Shown here piece by piece: positions 13,101 through 26,065 of a stretch of 64,000 bases of DNA. The position numbers were made by a program, and so were the translations under genes. How positions within the stretch are numbered: position 1 is the first letter of the stretch; every line of letters begins with the position of its first letter. Location: positions 133,610,001 through 133,674,000 of the forward strand of contig NC_043000.1 in NCBI RefSeq assembly GCF_006345805.1, read 5' to 3'. The stretch is from Octopus sinensis (lineage: Eukaryota). The notes below the pieces were generated by a model. The model was not told where the DNA came from and did no database searches. It saw nothing but the letters and a program-made list of their open reading frames with translations.

Positions 13101-14252
13101 TTCATATAGCTAACGATTTTTTTTCAGTTATCTAGGATGACTTTTCTGTGAATTCAAAACAAGGCTTCTTGTTTATATTTTCACAGCAAAGTGGTGGTGG
13201 TGGTGGTAGGTGTTTTTACTGTTGTTGTCGATTAGCCTCACATCAGCCAAGGGCAAACAAAATTCAAGTCAAATACGTTGCAGCTGTAGAAAGCGCATGT
13301 CTTTTTTATATGCAGTACCATATTTTTCAATACATCCTTCCAGATTTTTAAGATGTTTGGGTGTAATTTGCGAGAGATTCATCTTCTATCTCTTGTGGGT
13401 CGAGCAGTCATGTAGAGGTTTCTCTTGCTAGTTTGCAACAAAGAACTTAAATAGTTCGACGATACATGTATACGCAGTTGTCCTTAAAGTGAACTAGATT
13501 TAGTTTGTGCAATGGCACCTGTCGATTTATAAGTAACGATAAATAAGTTAAGGATAATGTGTTGAATATCATACGGAAAGGTTCTGAATTAATTGAAATA
13601 CCTTCTTCATTGGAGAAAGAAAACTAAAACTTAGCGGAAATTGTTATTGACATCACCTCCATCCTTTTCAAAAAGAAAGATAATTTTCAGAAATCAATTA
13701 AAATCTCAGAATTAATTTACATGCTCATGGAGAATGAAAGTCTGATCTTTGCAGGCAGGGGACAACTATGCACGCACTTTTGTTTGATCTCATCTACAGA
13801 GTGTAGTCTATGCAGGCTGGTTTGATGCATTGACATTTACTGATTTGTGCGAAATTTAGCCAAGCTAGGAAAAAAAGTAATATAGGTTCTTGAAACGGCC
13901 GGAGATATAAATATTGGTGTGTATACACATATATGTGTATACAAAAGTGGAGCTGTACAAGCTTTAATATTTTGTCTCGGGGAAACTTCTCAAACCTTCG
14001 TCTTAATATCACAAGTCTTCGCTCAGAACGCCAGTGGATCGCCAGAAAGTGCTTCAACTGGTTTTGGTGCCTTCAGAGACAAACACCCCCGACTAATGGA
14101 TCTTATAAATGTGTATACAAGGTATTTTAACATAATGCTGTTTCGTGTGCGTTTATTAATTCAGTCCTAGCCTGGAAATTTTTTCCACATAAATCAGTAA
14201 ATGTTTTATCGGAACAAACACTTTTCGACTCAACTGAGCACTTCTGGGGCAT

Positions 14253-14297
14253 TCATCACTGAGAAGACCAAACAGGTTGAAACACCGTGTCTGATGA
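14253..14297 (+). ncRNA. Type I hammerhead ribozyme with one core deviation
   Basis: TCATCA-CTGAGAA-GACC AAACA GGTT-GAAA-CACCGTGT-C-TGATGA. Stem I is 6 bp, stem II is 4 bp, stem III is ACAC/GTGT, the triplet is GUC. Confidence 0.7.
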
Positions 14298-14448
14298 TTT
14301 ACAGACATTTTGAAGCCTTGTCTTTTAACACAAAAGTCTCCTTGAGAGGTTTCTCGAGGACAAAGTATTATAGTTAGTGTCGTTCTACATTTGTATACAC
14401 ATTAGAAATGTGTACGCACTCCTGTATATGTTTCCGAAGTATATATAA

Positions 14449-14661
14449 GGCGAGCTGGCAGAAACGTTAGCACGCCGGGCGAAATGCGTTGCCGTATTTC
14501 GTCTGCCGTTACGTTCCGAGTTCAAATTCCGCCGAGGTCGACTTTGCCTTTCATCCTTCCGGGGTCGATAAATTAAGTACCAGTTACGCACTGGGGTCGA
14601 TGTAATCGACTTAATCCGTTTGTCTGTCCTTGTTTGTCTCCTCTGTGGGTAGTAAAGAAAT
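14449..14661 (+). mobile_element. Family B SINE
   Basis: ggcgagctggcagaaacgttagcacgccgg...gttccgagttcaaattccgccgaggtcgac...gtagtaaagaaa. Confidence 0.9.
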
Positions 14662-14749
14662 ATATATAAGGAAATGAAGTCAGTCTGAGAGAGTTCGTCA
14701 TTGTCAGAGTTACACTCATGGAAAGAGCTGTCTTCAGTATGTCAGGAAA

Positions 14750-15260
14750 AGGCTTTTGTATGCTATGGAAGATTTCACATATTTAGAAAGCCTTATCATC
14801 AAATTCAATGGGGCAAAAAGAGATACTCAGTCAAAGCATGCCGAAGCTAGTGTGGCATTTGCAAAACTTCAGTTCATCTGGAAGTTAAGACATTATAGTC
14901 TTAAGACTAATATTACACTTTATGACAGCTATGTTAAATCTGCCTGAATATGCATGACTCATATAAATGTTGGTGGGCAGCAAAAGGAGACATGAATAAG
15001 AGCGATACTTTTCAGTAAGGGTACTTGAAGAAACTCTTCGACTTATTCTGGTATAACAAAGTGTCAAATGAGCTGCATCGCGAAAAGGTTTGCGATAATG
15101 CTGTCAGCTGGCCAGACCACGCATTCAGAATGGACCCGTACAGATACCAAAGGTAGATTTTTAAATGAACATCACCTGCAAAGCATAAATCAGGATAGCC
15201 AAGGAACTTTTGAATAGTTGAAGGTAAATACATAGAGCAAGGCACATTGGGTTACTAAGA
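14750..15260 (+). pseudogene. RTE-clade LINE ORF2 (RT C-terminal region) remnant
   Basis: EDFTYLESLI...AFAKLQFIWK...YSLKTNITLYDSYVKS matches the RTE FTYLGS...AFxKLxxIW...TKIxLYxSxVxS pattern. Stops and frameshifts follow. Confidence 0.8.
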
Positions 15261-15921
15261 AAATTTATGTCGAATCGCCGAAACCCTATATCGCAAATGG
15301 AAAGAAAATTATTTTTTTAAAAAAACGTATGCTAATGAAATATCCGTCAGTTATTAGGTATATCCTGCTGACTATGTTGCTTAACTTTATTTCCCCATTT
15401 ACATGCTAAATGAACTGGGTTTGCGGTTAGATAGAAGACTGCCTTACCATTTAGCTTGCAACCTAACCACCGGTCAAGAACTGACATTCTGAAACAATAT
15501 ACTTTGTTTTAAATTTTGGATTAAAAAAAAGAGAAGGTGATTCTTCATCATAGATCTCATGCTGATTGCTGTCATCCACCCTCATTTCTCCTCCTTCTCC
15601 TCATCATCAACATCATTGCCAGTATTGTTGTCATTACTGTTCGCAAATGTGAAGAGACGGGACCGGTGTCTTGGTAACCAGCGTGATAAATCAGAACAAT
15701 AGAAAGTAATCGATGGCGTAATTTAATCAAATTCTAACCACTTTGTCTTGTGAAGGAATATACAAGAAATGTGAACGATAGACATTGTATTTCCTTGAGA
15801 TACAAAACTAACATTGAGGTCTTAAACTAAATACATAAAACATTTCATTAGAATTATTTAGTCAGTTATAAAGTATAAATTAGTGAAACAGCAGTTATCC
15901 ACACGAGTCAATGAAGATAAT

Positions 15922-16206
15922 GGATCTTTTCACTTTGACCGGCAGATTTTAAAAATAATTTCTTTGTAACTAAACACTTTTAAACTTCGTATACTGGTAG
16001 AATGTGTCACATAAAACATCTTTTTCTCTTGGCGTTCTTGAGAACATTATGTAGTTTGTAAGCTATTGCTTGTTTAATTTCTCGTATTTCGGCAATTTCA
16101 ACCAAAAGATGTTTTATGTGACACATTCTACCAGTATACGAAGTTTAAAAGTGTTTAGTTACAAAGAAATTATTTTAAAAATCTGCCGGTCAAAGTGAAA
16201 AGATCC
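15922..16206. mobile_element. MITE with ~103-bp TIRs and 8-bp TSD (Merlin/MULE/hAT-like, superfamily unresolved)
   Basis: Arms 15922-16024 and 16104-16206 have 1 mismatch; termini GGATC...GATCC; flanking direct repeat AAGATAAT. Confidence 0.9.
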
Positions 16207-17293
16207 AAGATAATTTCACATTGTTACTTGACCAACTCAAAAGATAGCAACCAAATGTCTATCAAATCAGACTTCACTGGCTTAAAGGAAGAGGAATTAC
16301 ATATTAGACTATGCACTAATAGATAGACGTGAAAACATGGCGGTGATGATGGAACGCATTTGAATTTAGGTGTGCTTGATCATGGCTAACTTGGGGCTAT
16401 TATTTACAGCCTCTTCATCTTGATGCTTGTACACCACCACCACCACCACCACTACATCACTGAAAAACTTGTCTTATTGTAAGATGAAAGCCAGCTGCGA
16501 TTATTCACGTCTTTTTATATTTTTTCACGGTCAATATTTAAACATTGACAATTTTTGTGTATGAATACAATCAATATCTTCAATATCTTTATGGTTGTGT
16601 TGAGTTCATTTGGATTGTCTGAGTACTTGGCTTGTCATGTTCTTCAAACTAAAGCCTTCGCAAAGGAGCGATGTTTTGTAAAATATGATAAACAAAATAT
16701 TCCTAAATGTACATATTATTCAGCTGAGCAAATGCTATTTCAATAACAAACAAGCAATAATGAAAAAAAAAAAAAAAAAGCCATGTCTGTTCTTAATCTC
16801 AAACCATCAGTTATGAATAGGTTGTTGTGTTGACAGTATCAGTTACGAAATAACGTAAAGATAGATGAACAGGCGATAAGTAAATAGACACAGATCGATA
16901 CGTAAAGTGATAGATAAAGAGATTAAAACAGAGAAAGAATAATAGAAAGGCGTGGAGATGAATAAGAAACTCTAGAACCATATATTTGCACAGAATATTT
17001 TGAAAAGTAAATAAGCTGTAGTAATCGGATGGTGTTTGTAACCAGTTTGTTGGTACGTGCGCACGCAACACATGTACGTATTACTCAGCTTCCTGGGCAA
17101 ATTTATCTACTATATTTGTGTTCTATTCCAGTTTGTGTTGTCTGCCTACTTTTCCCTACATATCGCCTACATTCTCTTAATTCTCTCTCTATCTCTCTCT
17201 CCACACACACACACATATATGTATATATATGTGTATATATATGTGTATATATATGTATGTATATATGAAAATATATATGTATGTATGTATATT

Positions 17294-17327
<34 letters not shown>

Positions 17328-17357
17328 TATTTATATATATTTATACTTTGATACTTT

Positions 17358-17417
17358 GATAGGTTTCGGCCATTATTGGCCCAGGCCATGTCTAACTTAA
17401 TAGCACCACCTGGTGCT
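17358..17417 (-). mobile_element. LINE-type 3' terminus matching the CR1-like element at 7862-7915
   Basis: aggtggtgctattaagttagacatggcctgggccaataatggccgaaacctatc versus aggtggtgctattaagttagaaatggtttgggcctatattggccgaaacctatc. Confidence 0.85.
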
Positions 17418-17929
17418 ATAACATAAGGGGCTAAAACCATCTGAATATGGCTAGGGACAGGGCAGGGTGGTGGGGGTGTTACTGTTGCATTTAGCCCCAG
17501 GCGAACATCAACGTCGCCAGATAGGCTTGACACCATCACGGCGTCCTCTATCCTGCAAAGGGAGATAATTCCCCGATGAAGCGGATACCACACACGGACC
17601 TAGGTTTCAAGGTGTTTGCCTATTATCAACGTGTGGTAGGCATCGCTTCCTCGACGAAAAACTCACTCTGCAGGATATTTATATATAGATTTTCAAGCAA
17701 AATACATTTGCTGATTTCGAAAATCTGTTCGACAGCAATAATAATTCTCTAAATGAGATATAGACAGTAACTGCTCCATAACATAAGGGACTAAAGCCAT
17801 CTGAATATGGCTAGGGACAGGGCAGGGTGGTGGAGGTGTTACTGTTGCATTTAGCCCCAGGCGAACATCAACGTCGCCAGATAGGCTTGACACCATCACG
17901 GCGTCCTCTATCCTGCAAAGGGAGATAAT
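17418..17929 (-). mobile_element. 360-bp tandem unit (1.4 copies) with a type I hammerhead; retrozyme/PLE-pLTR-like
   Basis: ataacataaggg at 17418 and 17778 gives an exact 360-bp period; copies are nearly identical. Confidence 0.9.
17586..17638 (-). ncRNA. Type I hammerhead ribozyme, U3-A8 core variant
   Basis: Reverse complement of the motif at 18115-18167. Confidence 0.75.
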
Positions 17930-18375
17930 GCCCTGTCCCTAGCCATATTCAGATGGCTTTAGTCCCTTATGTTATGGAGCAGTTACTGTCTATATCTCAT
18001 TTAGAGAATTATTATTGCTGTCGAACAGATTTTCGAATTCAGCAAATGTATTTTGCTTGAAATTCTATATATAAATATCCTGCAGAGTGAGTTTTTCGTC
18101 GAGGAAGCGATGCCTACCACACGTTGATAATAGGCAAACACCTTGAAACCTAGGTCCGTGTGTGGTATCCGCTTCATCGGGGAATTATCTCCCTTTGCAG
18201 GATAGAGGACGCCGTGATGGTGTCAAGCCTATCTGGCGACGTTGATGTTCGCCTGGGGCTAAATGCAACAGTAACACCCCCACCACCCTGCCCTGTCCCT
18301 AGCCATATTCAGATGGCTTTAGTCCCTTATGTTATGGAGCAGTTACTGTCTATATCTCATTTAGAGAATTATTAT
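17930..18375 (+). mobile_element. Inverted (head-to-head) array of the same 360-bp unit (1.2 copies)
   Basis: gccctgtccct at 17930 and 18290 (period 360); reverse complement of the left array. Confidence 0.9.
18115..18167 (+). ncRNA. Type I hammerhead ribozyme, U3-A8 core variant
   Basis: TACCACACG-TTGATAA-TAGG CAAACA CCTT-GAAA-CCTAGGT-C-CGTGTGTGGTA. Stem III is the palindrome ACCTAGGT with GUC at 18154-18156. It lies within a 129-nt extended stem (18076-18204). Confidence 0.75.
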
Positions 18376-19955
18376 ATATATGTATATATGTATATATATT
18401 TATATGTATATATGTATATATATTTATATGTATATATGTATATATATTTATATGTATATATGTATATATATTTATATGTATATGTATATATGTATATATA
18501 TTTATGTATATATATATGTGTATATATATTTATATATATGTGTGTATATATATTTATAATTATATATGTGTATATATGTATATATATTTATATATGTATA
18601 TATATTTATATTATATATATATATGTGTATATATGTATATATATTTATATATATATGCATATATATTGTATATATGTATATATATTTATATATTATACAT
18701 ATATATATGTGTATATATGTATATATATTTATATATATATATATGTGTGTAATATGTATATATATTTATATATATATATATATGTGTATATATTATATAT
18801 ATTTATATATATATATATATATATATTATATTAGTTGTATATATATTTATATATATATATATTATGTGTATATATATTATATATATATATATATATATGT
18901 TGTATATATGTATATATATTTATATATATAATATATATGTATATATATTTATATATATATATGTATATATATTTATATATATATATGTATATATATTTAT
19001 ATATATATATATATATATATGTGTATATATGTAATATATATATATATATATATATGTTGTGTGTATATATGTATATATTTATATATATATATATATATAT
19101 GTGTATATATGTATATATATTTTATATATATATATGTGGTGTATATATGTATATATTTATATATATATATATATATATATGTGTATATATGTTATATATG
19201 TATATATATATATACTATATGTGTATATATGTATTATATTTTTATATATATATATATATATGTGTATATATGTATATATATTTATATATATATATATATA
19301 TTCTATATGTGTATATATGTATATATATTTATATATATATATATATATATGTGTATATATGTATTATATTTATATATATATATTATATATATGTGTATTA
19401 TGTTATATATTTATTATATATATTATATAATGTGTATATATGTATATATATTTATATATATATATATATATGTGTATATATGTATATATATTTATATATA
19501 TATATATATATGTGTATATATGTATATATATTTATTATATATATATATATATGTGTATATATGTATATATATTTATATATATATATATATATATATGTGT
19601 GTATATATGTATATATATTTATATATATATAATATATATATGTGTGATATATGTATATATTTATATATATATATATATAATATATTGTGTATATATTATA
19701 TATATTTATATATATATATATATATGTGTATATATGTATATATATTTATATATATATATATATGTGTATATATGTATATATATTTATATTATTATATATA
19801 TATATATATATGTGTATATATGTGTATATATATATATATTATATATATATTATGTGTTATATATGTGTTATATATATTATATATATATATATGTATATAT
19901 ATTTATATATATATATATATATATGTTATATATTTATATATATATATATAATGTA

Positions 19956-19987
<32 letters not shown>

Positions 19988-21297
19988 GTGTATATATGTA
20001 TATATATTTATATATATATATGTGTATATATGTATAATATATTTATATATATATATATGTGTGTATATATGTATATATATTTATATATATATTATGTGTG
20101 TAATATGTATATATTTATATATATATATATGTGTGTTATATGTATATATATTTATATATATATGTGTGTATATATTGTATATATATTTTATATAATATAT
20201 ATATATATGTGTATATATGTATATATATTATATATTATATGTGTATATATGTATATATATTATATATTGTGTGTATATATGTTATATATATTCTATATAT
20301 ATGTTGTATATATGTATATATATTTATAATATATTGTGTATATATGTATATATATTTTATATATATAGTTGTTATATATGTATATATTTTATATATATAA
20401 TATATTGTATATATGTATATATATTTATATATTATATTTGTATATATGTATATATATTTATATATATATATGTGTAATATTAATATATTTATATATATAT
20501 GTGTATATTGTATATATATTTATATATATAATTATATGTATATATGTTATATATTTATTATATATATATGTGATATATGTATATATATTTATATATTATA
20601 TATGTGTATATATGTATATATATTTATATATATATATTTTATAATGTATATATATTTATTATTATATCTATGTGTATATATGTATATATATTTATATATA
20701 TATATATGTGTTAATATTTATAATATATTTATATATATATAATATATGTGTAATATGTATATATTTTATATATATTATATATTATGATGTATATATGTAT
20801 ATATATTATATATATATATATGTGTATATATGTATATATATTTATATATATATATATATATGTTATATATGTATATATATTTATTATATATATATGTTAT
20901 ATATGTATATATATTTATATATATATATATTATGTATATATGTATATATATTTATATATATATATATGTGTATATATGTATATATTTTAATATATATATG
21001 TGTATATATGTATATATATTTATATATATATATGTGTATATATGTATATATTTATATATATAATATATATGTGTATATATGTATATATATTTATTATATA
21101 TATATATATATGTGTATATGTATATATATTTATATATTATATATATATGTGTATATATGTATATATATTTATATATATATATATATGTGTATATATGTAT
21201 ATATATTTATATATATATATGTGTATATATGTATATATATTTATATATATATGTGTGTGTATATATGTATATATATATATATGTGTGTGTGTGTGTA
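18376..21297. repeat. ~2.9-kb AT-rich satellite; starts as a 24-bp unit (ATATGTATATATGTATATATATTT) and decays to irregular units
   Basis: The 8-residue period YVYMYIYL in the ORF translation equals 24 bp. All ORFs here are artefacts. Confidence 0.95.
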
Positions 21298-22619
21298 TTA
21301 GTTTCAGTCTGTATCACATTACTTAAAATTTGACAGAAATGGAAAACTCTTGATTGCTTGTGTTCTTGGTTCCAAATTTTAGATTTTCATGGAAACAAAT
21401 AAAAATTAAAATTCATTGCTGTTTTCAAAAATTAGACACACTTGACCAAATAGCTAATGTATATGAGAATCAGTTCATAGTTCTGGAATTCAAACACACT
21501 CTGTTTATATTTATTTCTTTTTAGCTCCCTTAATTCTTTTCCCTCGCCAGCAATCTTGCTATCGTATACAAAGGCATAAATAGCGTCCTTTCAACCAGAA
21601 ATATCTTTCCATCAGTCAGTGAGCACTAGCATTAAATCTTATAACATCAACAGAGTCCTTGCAGATGTATTTATATATGTTGTGCATTTTGCACGCTATT
21701 AAATTAAGCAAAGGTAAATTATTACAAGCGGGTATTTATTTTCTAGTCATCAGTAATTTCATTGTATTGACTCCTGATTGTAAATCCCTTCCCCTTACAT
21801 TGTATTTCTTTATTTTCTCAAAATCTTTCCTCACAATAATTTCACAAGTTCTATTTTCCAAATTATATTTTCCCTACTGTTTGGCATTTATGATTTGCAT
21901 TTATCATATATACGTTTCCTCTTATTAAATCTTTTTAGAATAGTATATCCATTCTAATTATATCTCATTATATATTTCTCATTTCTTGTTTTAAAAAACT
22001 GTTACTCTAGAGACTGTCTCGTCTGCTCATCATTGTCTTTCATTTTATTTTTTAAATATGCTCCGCGTATTTTGTGATTTAATACTTTGAACCTAATGAA
22101 CACTGACAACTGGAAATGCTTGTCTCATGAATAAATGAACCTGATATGAAGAAATATTAGAAAACCGAAAGAATCGCAAACTTGATAAAAGGCAAAAACA
22201 AAACGAAAAACTTACAGTGACTATTAATTGGAGAGGTTGCAAGGTTAAAACTTCTTCAATCATTCATGTAAAATGCATTACGGAAAGTCAACTCCTGAAA
22301 TATTAAATAAATTAGTTAATTAATGCGAATTTTGATTTGAAGTGATACAAAATACTAGAGTACTATAATATTTCGGAGAAATAAAACCGATTGTATAAAA
22401 AATAATAAATGGCTAACAACTACCTTCTAAAATTTGTTTCTGAAACATTTTATGAAATGTCCTCTCTACAAGCCATAAGCCAAACGGCTATTCTCATATT
22501 TATCAATCAAACTGTATACAACAATTAAAAAATGCCCTCGTCTTCTCTCTCCCTCACGGAATGTTCATAACACGCACTAACACTTTACAAATTCAAATAT
22601 TAAAATGTTTCAATATTGG

Positions 22620-22780
22620 CTTTTACTCAGTATTTAGCTGCTGCTCTTTACGTTTTGAGTTCAAAATCCTGCCGAGGTCGACTTTCTTATTCGTCCTTCC
22701 GAGGACGACAAAATACTGAAGGTCGATTTAATCGACCTTCCATTCAGTCTGTGGCCTTGTGGCAATGCTAGAAATCAAAA
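22620..22780 (+). mobile_element. Diverged family B SINE
   Basis: cgttttgagttcaaaatcctgccgaggtcgactttc...ggccttgtggcaatgctagaaatc. Confidence 0.65.
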
Positions 22781-23394
22781 CTGACTTTCACAAAGTGGAA
22801 TGCAACAAATTAATATTAGCTTTCTAACTACTTTTATGATATTCTATTAAATATTCAGAGACTGGGCAAATTTGATGCATTTCAAATAAATGCAAAAACT
22901 ATTTTAAAAATATGTTATGGTCATTTCTGAAGTATTACACATGCGCGTACACACACACACGTGTGTGTGTGTGAGTGTTTCCGCTGCCTGTGCGTAACCC
23001 AACATTCGGCTCAATTGATAGTATTTTAGATGAGATCCGGGTCACTGATGTTAAAACACAAAAAATACTAACTACCGTTAGAAATGTCATCTATTGCGTC
23101 ATTGACTGATTCAACCAATAGAAACAGACCTGAAATTTTGTGTCATATATTTCTTCGACAGAATTCATTCGCCGTCAAGCGCCTGACTGAATCCATGAGA
23201 GCAAGTCTACGTACACGGTACACGAACAAATAGCAATAGAAAGATTGGAAAAGAACTCTACAGAAAGTATTCTTTGAGTGCTGATCAAGTATACGCACCC
23301 AGACAAGTTTCGCAACTTTACACGATAGAACTTCAGAGGAAAGATTTTCCATGTATCAAAACTAGATGTAACAACTGATCTAGAGGCCAAAATA

Positions 23395-23598
23395 TACTCT
23401 TTTACTCTTTTGCTTGTTTCAGTCATTTCACTGTGGCCATGCTGGAGCACCGCCTTTAGTCGAGCACATCAACCCCAGGACTTATTCTTTGTAAGCCTAC
23501 TACTTATTCTATCGGTCTCTTTTTGCCAAACCGCCAAGTTACGAGGACGTAAACACATCAGCATCGGTTGTCAAGCGATGTTGGGGGGACAAACACAG

Positions 23599-23633
<35 letters not shown>

Positions 23634-23803
23634 TATATACATACAAGCTTCTTTCAGTTTCCGTCTACCAAATCCTCTCACAAGGCTTTGGTTAGCCCGA
23701 GGCTATAGTAGAAGACACTTGCCTAAAGTGCCACGAAGTGGGACTGAACCCGGAACCATGTAGTTCGTAAGCAAGCTACTTACCACACAACCACTCCTAC
23801 GCC
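23395..23803 (-). mobile_element. Family A SINE, full length
   Basis: Reverse complement of 6995-7385. Confidence 0.9.
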
Positions 23804-24825
23804 TATACATTATACATTGCAATCCGTACAAAGGACAGTTCTGAATGTCAAAACAAAAGGTTACTGATTGTGATTTAGAAGGCATGCTTACTATACCTAT
23901 AATGGTGCAATATTCCTGTCGAAATCTCTGTAAAATGTAGGCACCACAGAGCAAACAATGATCTGACTCAAAGAAAAGAAAGTGTGCACGGTAATAGAAA
24001 TCTATTGTCTGTCAAGTGTTAACAAAATGTTAAAGATTAAAGGAAAAAAGCATTCATGCCGAATTAATGGAAAATATGAAGACACAGCAAACGGACTATA
24101 ACTTAAGATTAATACCATTGGTTATTAAGGTATTTGGCTACGTAGCTAACTGCCTCACTACCTCTCTTGAGAGGCTGGGCTTCATAAAATCAGAAAGGAC
24201 TCAGCTAATTAAAAAAGTATAATTAGAAACCAAGCCGTTAATGGAACAATGAAAATATGTTAAACAAAATTTAACCTTTAATCAGTACGTAGACATACAT
24301 ATAAACGTAAAAATGTATGGATATGCACACATATGTAAGTTAAAGCATACGGATCGCACAGGCATCCATTCGTATGTACACTTGCATATATATGTATATA
24401 TACACGATACATACAGCAGTGTTTAGTTGTCTAAACCTCAATAAAACTGCCTTGGAAATTAGTTCATTCTTTATTGGGGAGAAAATTTTCAAATTAAACT
24501 AGCACATACATAAAACTCTAATATTTTATCTTCAAGCATTAAAGATATTTTTGACATCTCACGAAAATATTTGGCTATATATCATGATAACTACAATAAT
24601 ATCCATTAAAAACATAACAGCATTAACTTGGAAAACAAGAATAATATAGATATTCTAAACTGATATTTTACTGTACGTGTTTTTTTTCTTCCTAAATGGT
24701 AAAGCGATAGTCGCATCAGGAACACTGATTGATATATATATATGAATCAGTCTGCCTGAGAGGACTATCGCTTTACTAAATATATATGCATGTATGTATA
24801 TGTGTAATGTGTATGTGTGTATGCG

Positions 24826-24901
<76 letters not shown>

Positions 24902-24904
<3 letters not shown>

Positions 24905-25278
24905 GCAGCAGTGGCTGTGTGGTAAGTAGCTTGCTAACCAACCACATGGTTCCGGGTTCATTCCCACTGCGTGGCATCTTGGGCAAGTGTCTTCTGCTAT
25001 AGCTCCGCGCCGACCAATGCCTTGTGAGTGGATTTGGTAGACGGAAACTGAAAGAAGCCCGTCGTATATGTATGTGTTTGTGTGTCTGTGTTTGTCCCCC
25101 TAGCATTGCTTGACAACCGATGCTGGTGTGTTTACGTCCCCGTCACTTAGCGGTTCGGCAAAAGAGACCGATAGAGTAAGTACTGGGCTTACAAAGAATA
25201 AGTCCCGGGGTCGATTTGCTCGACTAAAGGCGGTGCTCCAGCATGGCCGCAGTCAAATAGCTGAAACAAGTAAAAGAA
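24902..25278 (+). mobile_element. Family A SINE, full length
   Basis: Head, internal TA/TG tract and tail all present; preceded by (TA)n. Confidence 0.9.
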
Positions 25279-25649
25279 TACACAAGAGAGAGAAAGAGAG
25301 AGACTGTTTAGCCTAGTACTGAACGGCGAATACATATTTATATTTAAGCAAAGTACCTGGGTTATCACGTTCTTGCATTTTTTTTCAGATTTATGTGCAA
25401 TCTTTATATCTACACGCTTAGCCTATCTACATGTAAACATTTATATCGTTCAATCTTGCACGATGTTTGATTAGAATCACGAGTTTAAAACCAATAGTTT
25501 CGTTGTAACGTGTAATTTTGGTTTATAGCGCATTTTACCATGTATAAATGACTCAATCGATAGATGCAACGAGATAACCCACCGAAAGGTCGTTATTTCG
25601 TATTGTATCAGTAGAGCTATTCTGAGTCGACGGTAAAGTAAGTTAACTT

Positions 25650-26065
25650 AAGGTGGTGAGCTAGCAGAATCGTTAGCACGCCGGACGAAATGCTTAGCCG
25701 TATTTCGTCTGCCGCTACGTTCTGAGTTCAAATTCCGCCGAGGTCGACTTTGCCTTTCATCCTTTCGGGGTCGATAAATTAAGTACCAGTTACGCACTGA
25801 GGTCGATATAATCGACTTAATCCGTTTGTCTGTCCTTGTTTGTCTTCTCTGTGTTTAGACCCTTGTGGGCAATAAAGAAATAGGTATTTTGTCTGCCGCT
25901 ACGTTCTGAGTTCAAATTCCGCCGAGGTCAACTTTGCCCTTCATCCTTTTGGGGTCGATTAAATAAGTACCAGTTTCGCACTGGGGTCAATGTAATCAAC
26001 TTAATCCGTTTGTGGTCCTTGTTTCTCCTCTCTGTGTTTAGCCCCTTGTGGGTAGTAAAGAAATA
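25650..26065 (+). mobile_element. Family B SINE tandem dimer (full unit plus 5'-shortened unit) with an 18-bp TSD
   Basis: GGTAAAGTAAGTTAACTT at 25632-25649 and 26066-26083; the second unit begins near 25886. Confidence 0.9.

Noticed and set aside
13919-13940. 22-bp perfect palindrome gtatacacatatatgtgtatac
   Set aside because: Expected by chance in TA/CA-rich sequence.
17418-18375. Fold-back read/assembly artefact as the explanation for the inversion
   Set aside because: The right side is not a mirror of the left (it continues into another unit instead of the LINE tail), and the same architecture occurs at two diverged loci. Not fully excluded without reads.
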